Shown: piece after piece, positions 1-9,138 of the stretch
Numbering within the stretch: the first letter of the stretch is position 1
Layout of the letters: each line of letters opens with the position of its first letter
Translations under genes and position numbers: made by a program
Virus record (IMG/VR): IMGVR_UViG_3300025751_000105
Span: 1 to 28,405 of that record
Source: a virus
Lineage: Duplodnaviria; Caudoviricetes
DNA length: 28,405 bases
Reading direction: 5' to 3' (one strand)
The notes under the pieces: model-generated
The model's database searches: none
Seen by the model: the letters and a program-made list of their open reading frames with translations, nothing else
Told to the model about the DNA's origin: nothing

Positions 1-69
1 TGGGACCTGGTGGTGAGCCTACTTTTCAACCCCTGGTACCTTGGAAACCAAGCACTTAGGACATTTCAA

Positions 70-612
70 ATGGCACACAAACGAACAAAAAACAAGCAAA
101 AAACGAGCGAAAAACAAGCACAAAAGGACCCAATTTCGGCCCTCGATTCGTTCATTTCTGGCAAAGAACAGGCTGAGATAGAAGTAGTTGCGTCCAAAAA
201 GGTCAGTCGTGCCAGGACCGTGACCGGGATTCGCCCTGCAACCAAGTTAAGCAGGGACGAAAAGGCATATTTCACTGCAGTTGTGGACTTCCTAAACGAG
301 GCCGGTTTGCTTGAGGTTGTGGACTCGCTTTTGCTGACTTTGCTGGCGAAAAATTACTCGGTCTGGAAGATGATGCAGGACCAGCTCAACAACGTCTCCG
401 ACTACTTCGTGACCCACTCAAATGGGACCACTTCTCCGAGCCATTTCTACAACGTTTCGATGGCTGCAGAAAACCAGATTTTGAAGCTGAGCACAAAGCT
501 CGGTTTGTCCCCTCAGGACAGGAGCAAAATGCTGGGTGCGCTTGCGTCTGCGGAGGTGGCGAAAAGCAAGACCTCTGAAAGTGACAACCTGAACAACCTC
601 CTCAATGACTAA
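70..612 (+). CDS. terS: Terminase small subunit (P27 family)
   Basis: C-terminal LSTKLGLSPQDRSK resembles the P27-family GL(T/S)PxxR motif. It overlaps the start of terL. ATG at 70 is preferred over the GTG at 10. Confidence 0.85.
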   Translation: MAHKRTKNKQKTSEKQAQKDPISALDSFISGKEQAEIEVVASKKVSRARTVTGIRPATKLSRDEKAYFTAVVDFLNEAGLLEVVDSLLLTLLAKNYSVWKMMQDQLNNVSDYFVTHSNGTTSPSHFYNVSMAAENQILKLSTKLGLSPQDRSKMLGALASAEVAKSKTSESDNLNNLLND

Positions 613-2335
613 ACCTCCAAAAAACCTCTGGGCTCAATACGCTCGCGACATCGCGACCGGACAAGAACCGGCTGGGGAATACATCCGGAAGGCAATTGAA
701 CGCTTTCTGGAGCTCCTAAACGACCCAGGAGAGTGGAAATTTGATGCTGCGGCCGGTGAGAAGTACATTCAGTTCATCCAGGAGTACCTCGTGCACACAC
801 GAGGGCAGTGGGCCGGAAAGCCGTTCATCCTGAGTCCCTGGCAGCAGTTTCTCGTGGTGAACATTTTCGGCTGGTTTCACGCCGAAAAGGGTTACCGCAA
901 ACACAGGACTGCGTTGCTCTTTGTGGCTCGCAAATCCGGCAAGACCCAACTGGCTGCGGCAATCGCAATTGCGATGATGGTTTTGGACAAGGAATCTGCA
1001 GGTGAATACGTCTTCAGTGCGACCAAAAAAGACCAGGCAAAAATCGCATTCGATGAGGTCAGCAGAATGCTTCAGCGGGCACCGAAAGAAGTCAAGCGCA
1101 GGTTCCGAGTAAACAGGCACGATGTGGTTGCCCCGTACGATGGCACATGCAAGGCCCTTTCGAGTGATGCAAACACACTCGACGGGCTTAGCCTTCAGCT
1201 TGGTGTTTTGGATGAGTACCACGCACAGAAAACCTCTGACCTGTGGAACGTTCTGAAGTCATCCATGGGCTCCAGGAAAAACCCGCTCATGCTTGCAATA
1301 TCCACGGCCGGATTCATCAAGGACGGGCCGTGCGCGGAGGCGATGAAAACCGCCAAGGAAGTTCTGGACGGGGTGAAGACTGATGAACGCACCTTTTCAT
1401 TGATATTTCAAATTGATGAAGAGGACGACTGGAAAGACGAATCTGTTTGGGTTAAGTCGAACCCAGGAATTGGTGATTCAATCACGCTCGAGTATCTCCG
1501 TTCTCAGGCTCGCCAGGCCATGAACATCGGAGGCCGTGCCATTGTCGAATTTCAGACCAAACATTGCAACCTTTTCACGGGCTCTGTGGAAGTCTGGATT
1601 CAGCCTGAAATTGTCGAGGCACAGCGAGAAGAGTGGACGCCCCCTGCGGGCCATCCAGTGTACGCCGGTTTGGACCTCGCTTCTGTCTCGGACATCTCTT
1701 CCCTAGCTCTGATTTTTCCACGCGATGATGGCAGTCTTTTCCTTCAGACATTTCACTGGCTTCCTGAGCGTGCCGTGGAGCGCAAACTCGACCGAGATGA
1801 ATCATCCATCTACGGTCGAATGGCGGAGCAGTTCGACAACGTTTTTGTGACCCCCGGAAACGTGACCGACTACAGTGCCATCCGTCAGTTCATTTCTGGA
1901 ATGTTTCTGGACGATTCTGGAGCCTTCAAGAACGATGAGAATGGCATTGCGAGCAAATACGATTTGAGAGCGATGGCGTACGACCGCTTCAACTCCTCGC
2001 AGCTCATCATTGACCTGGTGAATGACGGAATCGAGTGCGACCCGTTTGGACAAGGTTTCGTGTCCATGAGCGCTCCCAGTAAGGAGTTCGAAAGGCTTAT
2101 GCTTGATGGTGACCTTTGGCACGATGAAAACGACGTTTTCAAGTGGATGCTCAGCAACGTTGCGCTGCAGTTTGACCCAGCCGGAAACGTCAAGCCTTCC
2201 AAGGACAAAAGTGGTGACAAAATCGATGGAATTGTGGCAACCGTGATGGCCATCGGAATGCGAATGATTGATGAGGCTTCGCAGGACAAAGACGACTATG
2301 AAATTCCAGAAGACTGGAGGCCTCGTTTTATCTAG
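605..2335 (+). CDS. terL: Terminase large subunit (HK97/Terminase_1 type)
   Basis: LSPWQ adenine-binding motif, Walker A VARKSGKT, Walker B GVLDEYH, ISTAG coupling motif, nuclease GLDLA, and C-terminal KIDGIVA. Confidence 0.97.
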   Translation: MTKPPKNLWAQYARDIATGQEPAGEYIRKAIERFLELLNDPGEWKFDAAAGEKYIQFIQEYLVHTRGQWAGKPFILSPWQQFLVVNIFGWFHAEKGYRKHRTALLFVARKSGKTQLAAAIAIAMMVLDKESAGEYVFSATKKDQAKIAFDEVSRMLQRAPKEVKRRFRVNRHDVVAPYDGTCKALSSDANTLDGLSLQLGVLDEYHAQKTSDLWNVLKSSMGSRKNPLMLAISTAGFIKDGPCAEAMKTAKEVLDGVKTDERTFSLIFQIDEEDDWKDESVWVKSNPGIGDSITLEYLRSQARQAMNIGGRAIVEFQTKHCNLFTGSVEVWIQPEIVEAQREEWTPPAGHPVYAGLDLASVSDISSLALIFPRDDGSLFLQTFHWLPERAVERKLDRDESSIYGRMAEQFDNVFVTPGNVTDYSAIRQFISGMFLDDSGAFKNDENGIASKYDLRAMAYDRFNSSQLIIDLVNDGIECDPFGQGFVSMSAPSKEFERLMLDGDLWHDENDVFKWMLSNVALQFDPAGNVKPSKDKSGDKIDGIVATVMAIGMRMIDEASQDKDDYEIPEDWRPRFI

Positions 2336-2383
2336 TTGGCGCCGCCCGAAAGTTCAATCGTTGTTCCTTCTGATATTTGATTC

Positions 2384-3106
2384 ATGGAAGCAAAAATTAG
2401 AGAGGGATTGAAGCGACTTTTGCGCCTGGGAAAAGAGGTGGAAAGAGCTGAGGACGAAAGCCACTACATTCACCTCCCTACAGGTACCAAATTGCAACGC
2501 TGTACCCAGTGGATTTCTGGCGGGGTTCCGCTGGTGATTCCGGACGTGTGGAAAGGCTGCCTGCCGATAGGCAGCATGGTCGACCAATGTGTGCGAGATT
2601 TCTTTGTTGAAGGGCTCGAGGAAATGTCTGCCTTCATGTACTGCAATCACATGCAGTTCAGGGCATATGAGCAGCTCGTTGCTGACCTCAAAAAATTCAA
2701 GGAGGAATACGGTGGCGATTGGCACGTTTTTGCTGACCGAGTTTTTCTGTTTTCGTTGTCATTAGGCGTGGGCGGTGAGGTTGACCTTTTGCTGGTCAAC
2801 AAGGAGACCGGTGCCATTTGGATTGTTGACATGAAAACAAGCCGCGGAGGGACGAAATCCTTCACCAAACGCTACAAGAAAAACGAGCCCACAAAACTCG
2901 AGAAGTATTCCTTGCAGCTCAACACCTACCGCTACATGGCGGAGGAGATGAGCGGACTCCAGGTGCATCGCTTGTCAATCCTACCAATCAAGGTCTTTTA
3001 CCCGCCCAACGGCAGCACCACCGATGAGGCATATTTCGAACCTCAAATTGATATTGAATTCTGCGACCCAATTGCAGCAAGGGACGCGCTAATTGAAGCA
3101 CAATGA
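2384..3106 (+). CDS. PD-(D/E)XK exonuclease-like protein
   Basis: GEVDLLL...IVDMKTS catalytic pattern and KYSLQLNTY (QxxxY) motif, typical of phage RecB/Cas4-like nucleases. Confidence 0.8.
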   Translation: MEAKIREGLKRLLRLGKEVERAEDESHYIHLPTGTKLQRCTQWISGGVPLVIPDVWKGCLPIGSMVDQCVRDFFVEGLEEMSAFMYCNHMQFRAYEQLVADLKKFKEEYGGDWHVFADRVFLFSLSLGVGGEVDLLLVNKETGAIWIVDMKTSRGGTKSFTKRYKKNEPTKLEKYSLQLNTYRYMAEEMSGLQVHRLSILPIKVFYPPNGSTTDEAYFEPQIDIEFCDPIAARDALIEAQ

Positions 3107-3534
3107 GTAAACCAGAACCGTACCACCGCAGAGTCCGAACGGGCTCAGGGTTTTTTACTCTCGAGCAATGCCGAGAGCTTTTCGCTTGGTCCTTGGAGCA
3201 GTTTGTTCCTGAGATTGAGCAACGAGAAATTGCAATGCAAACCAGCAGTATTTGCGGCCGCCAACTTGGCCTGAAAATGCACACCGCAAACGTGATGAAT
3301 TTGGTGCGTTTTTGGCTCATCAAAAACACGGACACGCCGACCGTGATTGTGGCAGAAGCGAGCGCGGTCCATCACTCAACTGTGACCAGGAATGTGCAGC
3401 GCTTCGAGGACTACCTTTTGCAGGACAATTCCTTTCAAAAAATCCTGAACGAGATTGATGAAATGGCTATGCGGTTTGACCGCAAGCATTTTGTGCCCAA
3501 AACTGAGCACCGCCCTGCAGCTGAAATCAAATGA
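3103..3534 (+). CDS. DnaA C-terminal-like HTH DNA-binding protein
   Basis: VAEASAVHHSTVTRNVQRFED resembles the DnaA domain IV DHSTV motif. ATGA overlap with the upstream gene. Confidence 0.5.
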   Translation: MSKPEPYHRRVRTGSGFFTLEQCRELFAWSLEQFVPEIEQREIAMQTSSICGRQLGLKMHTANVMNLVRFWLIKNTDTPTVIVAEASAVHHSTVTRNVQRFEDYLLQDNSFQKILNEIDEMAMRFDRKHFVPKTEHRPAAEIK

Positions 3535-3551
3535 GCAACTGATATTTGACC

Positions 3552-3863
3552 ATGGCAATTCCAAAGATTTTACGCGTCCAAATCAACGTGGATGCGATTG
3601 ACAAAAAGCACCTGTACAAAGGCAAGAAAGGGACGTATCTGAATGTGGCCCTTGTGAACACTCCTGACAGCCAATACGGCCAGGACTATATGGTAACCCA
3701 GGACCTCCCCAAAGAAGCACGCGACGCTGGCGAACGGGGTCCAATCCTGGGCAACGCTTCGGCGTTGTATTTGGAGGATGGAATCCCTGCCAAAAAAGAG
3801 GAAGGTGCCATGACTTCAGCGGCTCCCGTTGCTGACGACAAATCTGACGATTTGCCGTTCTGA
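3552..3863 (+). CDS. Putative single-stranded DNA-binding protein
   Basis: KGKKGTYL...YG...ILGN core and an acidic C-terminal DDLPF tail, characteristic of SSBs. It lies in the replication block. Confidence 0.65.
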   Translation: MAIPKILRVQINVDAIDKKHLYKGKKGTYLNVALVNTPDSQYGQDYMVTQDLPKEARDAGERGPILGNASALYLEDGIPAKKEEGAMTSAAPVADDKSDDLPF

Positions 3864-3884
3864 GCCGTCTGTGTGTTTGAACCG

Positions 3885-3916
3885 GAAAGGGGTGACCAAC
3901 GGCGCCCCTTTCTTTT
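3885..3916 (+). terminator. Intrinsic terminator-like hairpin
   Basis: GAAAGGGGTG...CGCCCCTTTC stem followed by TTTT, just after the SSB-like gene. Confidence 0.55.
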
Positions 3917-3942
3917 CGCAAAATCCGTACAAATGAACATCA

Positions 3943-5037
3943 ATGAAAAATCCCCTGCATTCGCTTCTAATCAAGCCCGAGGAGCTGCGCGCAAAAGCGA
4001 ATGAAATCCGCCGGTCAGGAACACGTCGTGGAGAGTATTCCGGCTTCGAATCACTGGACAAAATTTTCACAGCGAAAAAAGGCTTCCCGCTCTTCATCGC
4101 GGGAGCGCCTCACAGTGGAAAATCGCAGGTCGTGAAACAGCTCGCAATCAACTGGGCAACGGAGCTCGGTTGGAAGGGCATTCTGTACATGGGTGAAGAG
4201 GGTTCCGCGGTGGACTTGTTGCTTGACCTGGTTGAAGTGAAAACCGGAAAATCCGCTCGGCTGAATGATGCTGACGCGGACGATTCAAAAACGCCAATTT
4301 CATCGGACGAATTCGAGTACACAATCCACTGGCTTGACGAGCATTTCACAATCATCGACCCGGAGAAAGCCGTGGACGTTGCGTCCTGGACGTACGACAC
4401 CTTCAACGAGCTCCTCAAGGAGGCCGGAGATTTCGACTTTTCCGTCTTGGACCCGTTCAATGATTTGGACCGCGATATGGAGCTCCGTGATGACCTCTGG
4501 TTGACCAAGGTTCTGAAGGACGTTCGGATTGCTGCACGGCGCTCAAATCGGGTCGACGTGATTGTGAACCACATCGCGAAGACGCAGCACGACGGGAAGA
4601 CCTCAAATGGCATGCCCGTGAGCAAGCCCGCGAGACCTAACGAATGGGCTGGCGGTCAGACCTGGTACAGGCGAGCTTTCACCATGCTTTTGGTGTATCG
4701 TCCACCCGAGCACGAGTTGATTGATTTTTGCCCGTTCGATGAGGCTGGCGAGGGCTATCAAGTCGGACCCGGTGAAATGTGGATTCAAAACCAGAAAGCG
4801 AAGCCAAAAGGCTCGGGCAAACTCGGGTGGGCGCGGCTGTACTACGACACCTCCAGAAACCAGGTTTTCGAGCTTGACGAAACCGGCCCAAATGGACGAT
4901 GGACGTTGGGTCCTGAACAGAAGGTCAACCGCTACTATTCGGGCCAATTGAAGGCGTACAGGGAGAGCCAGGGCGGTCAGGGTAACACCCAGGCCACCCA
5001 GGAAGACCAGGACAACCCAAACAAGCTACTGTTTTGA
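3943..5037 (+). CDS. DnaB/SF4-family replicative helicase (no primase domain)
   Basis: Walker A GAPHSGKS, catalytic MGEE, Walker B SVLDPFND, H3 IVNHIAK, and a late QKAK...G motif. Confidence 0.85.
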   Translation: MKNPLHSLLIKPEELRAKANEIRRSGTRRGEYSGFESLDKIFTAKKGFPLFIAGAPHSGKSQVVKQLAINWATELGWKGILYMGEEGSAVDLLLDLVEVKTGKSARLNDADADDSKTPISSDEFEYTIHWLDEHFTIIDPEKAVDVASWTYDTFNELLKEAGDFDFSVLDPFNDLDRDMELRDDLWLTKVLKDVRIAARRSNRVDVIVNHIAKTQHDGKTSNGMPVSKPARPNEWAGGQTWYRRAFTMLLVYRPPEHELIDFCPFDEAGEGYQVGPGEMWIQNQKAKPKGSGKLGWARLYYDTSRNQVFELDETGPNGRWTLGPEQKVNRYYSGQLKAYRESQGGQGNTQATQEDQDNPNKLLF

Positions 5038-5369
5038 GCAGCATCAAGGAACTGAATTACCTAGCTGCGAAAATTGAATTCCAAGGAATGATGGAGGCCC
5101 TCATGGCGCAGCTCGACGACAACTCCGAACGCATGTCGGAAAAGCAAGTTGAAAGCTGGCAGAAAATCGCACACCTCGGTTTGTTGTTTGTCGACCAGTG
5201 TGAAGACAACTTTCTGGAGATTTCGAAGCTCAACATTCAAGCCCGCAGGTACTGCAAGGAGCTTGCTGAGCAGCGTGCAAAAATCCAGGAGCTCAGAACG
5301 GAAATCGCACGGGTCAGAAGGATGAACGTGGAGCTGAATGAGGCTCTTGCAAAAGGCATCCGAGTATGA
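5034..5369 (+). CDS. Hypothetical coiled-coil protein
   Basis: Overlaps both neighbouring genes by 4 nt. The C-terminal half is heptad-rich. Confidence 0.65.
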   Translation: MSSIKELNYLAAKIEFQGMMEALMAQLDDNSERMSEKQVESWQKIAHLGLLFVDQCEDNFLEISKLNIQARRYCKELAEQRAKIQELRTEIARVRRMNVELNEALAKGIRV

Positions 5370-6001
5370 CACCGCCCACAATCAAAACCGGTTCAATTGG
5401 TGACCTTCACGGTATGGACAAAAAGCAGAAGATTTTTGAGCGAATGCGCGACACAGTTGAGAGCGTGCACGAGCACATTGAAATGGAGTTTTCTGGTGAG
5501 GCATTTGCCGTGTGGATTTTCGGAACCTCGAACAAGGTGACGACGATGGTAACGAAGCCGGAGAAGCTTGCTTTTGCACAGGACACCGTGACCGCCGCGG
5601 TGAGTTCAAATCCGGTCATCAAGGAGCTGTTCACCCAGGGTCTTGCTGGAGAGAAAAATACCTACTACGACAACGATGAACTCGTTTTCGAAAAGCAGCC
5701 GACCAGGCGTGAAATCCTGGCAGCTCTGAACCTTGAGGCGAAGCTCATGTTCAAGGTCATTGAGCAAGCCCTAAACACGAAGCGCGTGGCTCCTGATGCA
5801 CACGGCAATGTTCCGATGAATGTGCTGACGGACTACGTGCTTCCGAAATTTCAAAACCAGACTGGTTTCCTCTTGTCTGATTCCATCTCGTTGATGGCCG
5901 ACGTGCTCGACCTGTGCGGGGCGGAAACGTATGAGGGGGATGATGATTCAAACGCAGAAATCAATTTCACAAATTCAGTTTTCAAATGGCGAAAAAATTA
6001 A
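5366..6001 (+). CDS. Hypothetical protein
   Basis: 211-aa ORF coupled to its neighbours. No motif recognised. Confidence 0.7.
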   Translation: MTPPTIKTGSIGDLHGMDKKQKIFERMRDTVESVHEHIEMEFSGEAFAVWIFGTSNKVTTMVTKPEKLAFAQDTVTAAVSSNPVIKELFTQGLAGEKNTYYDNDELVFEKQPTRREILAALNLEAKLMFKVIEQALNTKRVAPDAHGNVPMNVLTDYVLPKFQNQTGFLLSDSISLMADVLDLCGAETYEGDDDSNAEINFTNSVFKWRKN

Positions 6002-6417
6002 GCCCTTCCGAAGCTGCGCGAATGCGCAAGCTGTACGAGGAAAACGGACTCACTCCTGATGACGTTTTCCAGCACCAACACTACACCATCATCACCCGTC
6101 AGGGAATCGAAAAGATTCAGGCGAAGCACAACATTCGGGTGAGGTTCGAGGTTGAGCACCACGACCCGTCGACGAACACGATTTGCCTTCGCGGGTACGC
6201 GTGGCGCGCGGACAAGCCTGACGACCGAATTCAAACCTTTGGTGAGGTCAATCCGAAAAACAACCGGAACGCCTATCCCTGGGCGATGGCCGAGAAGCGT
6301 ACCCTGAGCCGCCTGGTCCTGAAGGCGGCGGGTCTGTACGCTGAAGGGGTTTTCGGAGAAGACGAAGCTGAGGATTTCGCCAAATCGAATCCCAGGAAGC
6401 GCGCGGCCGCAGGTTAA
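5986..6417 (+). CDS. Putative single-strand annealing protein (Sak/Rad52/ERF-like)
   Basis: TFGE...AMAEKRTLSRLVLKAAGL...GEDEAEDF resembles the (A)E(T/K)RA..RA motif of phage annealing proteins. It shares a block with the exonuclease, SSB and helicase genes. Confidence 0.55.
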   Translation: MAKKLSPSEAARMRKLYEENGLTPDDVFQHQHYTIITRQGIEKIQAKHNIRVRFEVEHHDPSTNTICLRGYAWRADKPDDRIQTFGEVNPKNNRNAYPWAMAEKRTLSRLVLKAAGLYAEGVFGEDEAEDFAKSNPRKRAAAG

Positions 6418-6450
6418 GTTTCATTCATTTCAGTTGGTTTTGGGCCGCGT

Positions 6451-6486
6451 AGACGACCGGGGGAACGCCCTCGGTCGTTTTTTTTT
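6451..6486 (+). terminator. Intrinsic terminator
   Basis: GACGACCGGGGG/CCCTCGGTCGTT stem followed by a long T run, at the end of the replication block. Confidence 0.85.
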
Positions 6487-6529
6487 CAATTTTTTTTTCC
6501 AGTCGTACCAAGGCTTTCGGGACGAAATG

Positions 6530-6613
6530 AGAATTTTTTTTCGCCTCCCCGTTTTTTGAATGAACATATCGCCCTATCTTAGCACTGTTCAATCACTCAA
6601 ACACACAGAACAA
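6530..6613 (+). promoter_or_regulatory. Cassette promoter repeat P1 (TATCTTAG variant)
   Basis: TTGAATGAACATAT..CCCTATCTTAGCACTGTTCAA is nearly identical to the copy starting at 17644. An AAACACACA leader precedes the ATG. Confidence 0.75.
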
Positions 6614-6931
6614 ATGAAATTTCCAGCTGCAATCTCCGAAAGCAAGAAGACGCGCCTCGAACTCGAACAAGCACACTACGATGTGCACGGTACAATCGAG
6701 GGAATGACTGACTACGAATTCCGCGCAATCCCACTCAAAGCCGACTCTGAAGACGAGCGTTTCGAAAACACTCTCACGGCTGCAACCCTCTTCGACCTGG
6801 CTGACCGCATCGGATGCAGCGAGCAAGGTCTCCGCGAAAAGCTTCGCGCCGCATACAAGTCCAACTACCCTTGCGACCTCCTCACCACTCGCTACAAGGG
6901 TTTCGTGATTAGCTGCAACGTCGAAGCTTAA
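6614..6931 (+). CDS. Hypothetical protein, possible HTH (NUMOD1-like)
   Basis: The ATG follows the promoter/leader repeat. LFDLADRIGCSEQGLREKL is HTH-like, with a terminal YKGFVI strand. Confidence 0.7.
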   Translation: MKFPAAISESKKTRLELEQAHYDVHGTIEGMTDYEFRAIPLKADSEDERFENTLTAATLFDLADRIGCSEQGLREKLRAAYKSNYPCDLLTTRYKGFVISCNVEA

Positions 6932-7002
6932 AAAAACTTCACCGGGACCGCCGGTCAAGGCGATTCCTGGTGTATATTTGAACATCAAACACACACAATG
7001 TC
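6930..7002 (+). promoter_or_regulatory. Cassette promoter repeat P2
   Basis: An A-tract is followed by GTATATTTGAACATCAAAC (6972-6990), which contains the Bacteroidota -7 box TAnnTTTG. The same 19-mer occurs at 18410, 18669 and 19094. Confidence 0.8.
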
Positions 7003-7317
7003 ATGAAGCCATTTTTCTTCTTCATCACGCGTCACAACACCATCGTCGACGCAGCTCGATACGGAAACCTCTCCGCCCTGGGTTCAGCCCTCGGAACGAG
7101 CCACACCACCGCCGGAACGTACACCGAAAAACTCCGTTCCAAGTGGTTCGGAATTGAACGCGCCACGAAAGGCCAGAATGTCCTGAGCAGCTTCCGAGTT
7201 GTTCCGCTCGGAAAGCACAACGTTGGTCTCATCGTCATGGTCAACGACAACGCCGACCGTGACGACGCACGAGCCCTCTTGTCAAGCAACGGTTTCAAAT
7301 TGAACAGCTGGTCATGA
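7003..7317 (+). CDS. Hypothetical protein
   Basis: Follows promoter P2. YGNLSALGSALGTSHTT is weakly HTH-like. Confidence 0.7.
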   Translation: MKPFFFFITRHNTIVDAARYGNLSALGSALGTSHTTAGTYTEKLRSKWFGIERATKGQNVLSSFRVVPLGKHNVGLIVMVNDNADRDDARALLSSNGFKLNSWS

Positions 7318-7502
7318 AGTTCGCGAAGTACAGAAAGAACCTCGAGAAAAAAGGGAACGGCATTTACAGCTACGGAACCCGCGTCGCAATCATTGAGGGA
7401 ACTACACTCAAGCAGCTTGGGTGGTGGTCGACGACAACGCAAAAGCATATCAACTATGCAGCACAGGAGTGCGGCCTAAAGCTCGACAGAAATGGTCATT
7501 GA
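7314..7502 (+). CDS. Small hypothetical protein (SYxTxVA...SxTTxxHIN phage family)
   Basis: YSYGTRVA...WSTTTQKHIN pattern, which I recall from small early phage proteins. ATGA overlap with the upstream gene. Confidence 0.7.
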   Translation: MKFAKYRKNLEKKGNGIYSYGTRVAIIEGTTLKQLGWWSTTTQKHINYAAQECGLKLDRNGH

Positions 7503-7683
7503 AATCCACACACCGTGGCACGGAAAATTGTGCCACCTCAGTTCATGGAAAGCGTTCCGCGGTTTCATGATTAAATGGGAGATGGACCGAGGTGAATTCA
7601 TCCAGGCTTCTTGGGTCTACTGCAACGGTCGTCCAATGAGGTCGTGGGAGGCCATACGGATTGAAATGAAGCGCCATGGTTGA
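7492..7683 (+). CDS. Small hypothetical protein
   Basis: Member of an overlapping chain of + strand ORFs. Confidence 0.55.
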   Translation: MVIEIHTPWHGKLCHLSSWKAFRGFMIKWEMDRGEFIQASWVYCNGRPMRSWEAIRIEMKRHG

Positions 7684-7966
7684 GCTCAGACGGATTGCCC
7701 TAACCCTCAAGCTGATTCAGCACACGGAGGCGACCACGATGGTCAGATGGATTCCCGAAGCGTACGGGTACTTCATGGCCGGAATGTTGACTGAAGCGGA
7801 GAGCAAGCTTCACCAGTTCGCGGGGTGCGGTACAATTCACCCGGTGAACCGGTCGAGGGCCTTCAGTGCGGCAAGCAAAATTGCCGCGCTTCAATGTCTA
7901 GACCGAGACGAATTTGAAAACCTAATTGAACAGTTCAGAAATGAAGAGAACGAAAATCAACCTTGA
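7676..7966 (+). CDS. Hypothetical protein
   Basis: Member of an overlapping chain of + strand ORFs. Confidence 0.55.
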   Translation: MVELRRIALTLKLIQHTEATTMVRWIPEAYGYFMAGMLTEAESKLHQFAGCGTIHPVNRSRAFSAASKIAALQCLDRDEFENLIEQFRNEENENQP

Positions 7967-8252
7967 CGGTTTCCGAGATGCGAAACCCCATGCCACCAAG
8001 GCGGAAAAATTTGGCCGAGAGCACGACCCAAAAAGTGGCGTCTCTGGCGAGTGGTTCATCGGAGCTCGCGTCGTGTGCGTGAGGCGAGATGACGAAGAGA
8101 AAACCCTGGTCCAAATCGGAACAACCAAATCCAGCGCGAAATGGATTGCGATGCAGACCGACCGACCGTGTTCGAGCCAGAAACTCCGCAGGGCTCTTAA
8201 GAACGGCCACCGTTGCAACGGATTTGTTGTGGAGTACAAAACCAAGCCCTAA
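7941..8252 (+). CDS. Hypothetical protein, possible NUMOD1-like DNA-binding module
   Basis: ATG at 7941. C-terminal TTKSSAKWI...SSQKLRRALKNGHRCNGFVVEY. TAATG coupling to the next gene. Confidence 0.6.
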   Translation: MKRTKINLDGFRDAKPHATKAEKFGREHDPKSGVSGEWFIGARVVCVRRDDEEKTLVQIGTTKSSAKWIAMQTDRPCSSQKLRRALKNGHRCNGFVVEYKTKP

Positions 8253-9094
8253 TGGATTTCGTCTCAAATATGGAGCCCAAAACGCTCCCAATCGTCCGAG
8301 AAGCTTTTGACGGCTTCGCCCGTTTCATCCGCATGCGCGAATCAATCCGAGTCCTGAAGGACAAGGGTGCCCCGCAGCCCTGGACCTACGACGAGATTCT
8401 GAAGGGGTATCACTTCACGAACATCCGGAGGGAAGACGACCGTGTTTCTCGGTTCCTGTTCGACGAGTGGTACCCACACGTGGTGAACCCGCGGAACGCG
8501 CGTCATGCGTGGGTCAAAATCATGGTCGCAAGGTTCGTCAATAACCCCACCTCCCTGAGAGAGATTGCCGACCTGATGAAGGACGAAAAATACCACGAGG
8601 CTTGGCTCGAACTTGAGGAGCGTGGCGAGGCCGGGAAAAAGGTTTTCCGGTCGGCCTACTTGCAGCCCGAAATCAAGGGTGTCCCTCGTCTGAAAAAAAT
8701 CTTCGGAATATTCCTCCCGCAGCTTCTTGAAACCGATATCCGAACGGAGTCGATACAGGACTGCATGGAGGACCTGTGCCGAATCAAATACTTCGGTGAA
8801 TTCATTGCCGGTCAGATGGCCCTTGACGCGCTCCACGTCGTCCCCGGTGAGTGGGCAGATGATTTCACTTTCGCCCCCATTGGGCCAGGCAGCACGAGGG
8901 GTCTGAATCGCCTCCGCGGTTTGCCCCTGACCAGGAAGCTGAAACGTGACCAGTACGAGCGTGAAATTGCTGAGCTGCACACATGCCCCGGCATGAACGA
9001 ATGGAGGGCGTATGATTTGGAGCACGCCCTGTGCGAGTGGGACAAGTACGAACGAATTCGATTGAAGCAAGGTTCGTACAACCGGAAACGTTGA
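8252..9094 (+). CDS. aGPT-Pplase1 / 5-hmdU DNA kinase helical-domain family protein (DNA base hypermodification)
   Basis: PWTYDEILKGYHFTNIRREDDRVS, an HhH-like LCRIKYFGEFIAGQMALD, GPGSTRGL and DLEHALCEWDKYER all match my recollection of this family's motifs. Confidence 0.8.
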   Translation: MDFVSNMEPKTLPIVREAFDGFARFIRMRESIRVLKDKGAPQPWTYDEILKGYHFTNIRREDDRVSRFLFDEWYPHVVNPRNARHAWVKIMVARFVNNPTSLREIADLMKDEKYHEAWLELEERGEAGKKVFRSAYLQPEIKGVPRLKKIFGIFLPQLLETDIRTESIQDCMEDLCRIKYFGEFIAGQMALDALHVVPGEWADDFTFAPIGPGSTRGLNRLRGLPLTRKLKRDQYEREIAELHTCPGMNEWRAYDLEHALCEWDKYERIRLKQGSYNRKR

Positions 9095-9138
9095 CACCGC
9101 CCCATGATTTTTGAATGAACATCTCTGAACATTGAGAC

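Noticed and set aside
30-55. cos/pac site at the CTTGG-AAA-CCAAG palindrome upstream of terS
   Set aside because: The position is plausible, but the 5-bp arms are too short to support a call without terminus data.
2384-3106. Cas4 call
   Set aside because: It lacks the four-cysteine Fe-S pattern and there is no CRISPR context. Treated as a generic PD-(D/E)XK exonuclease.
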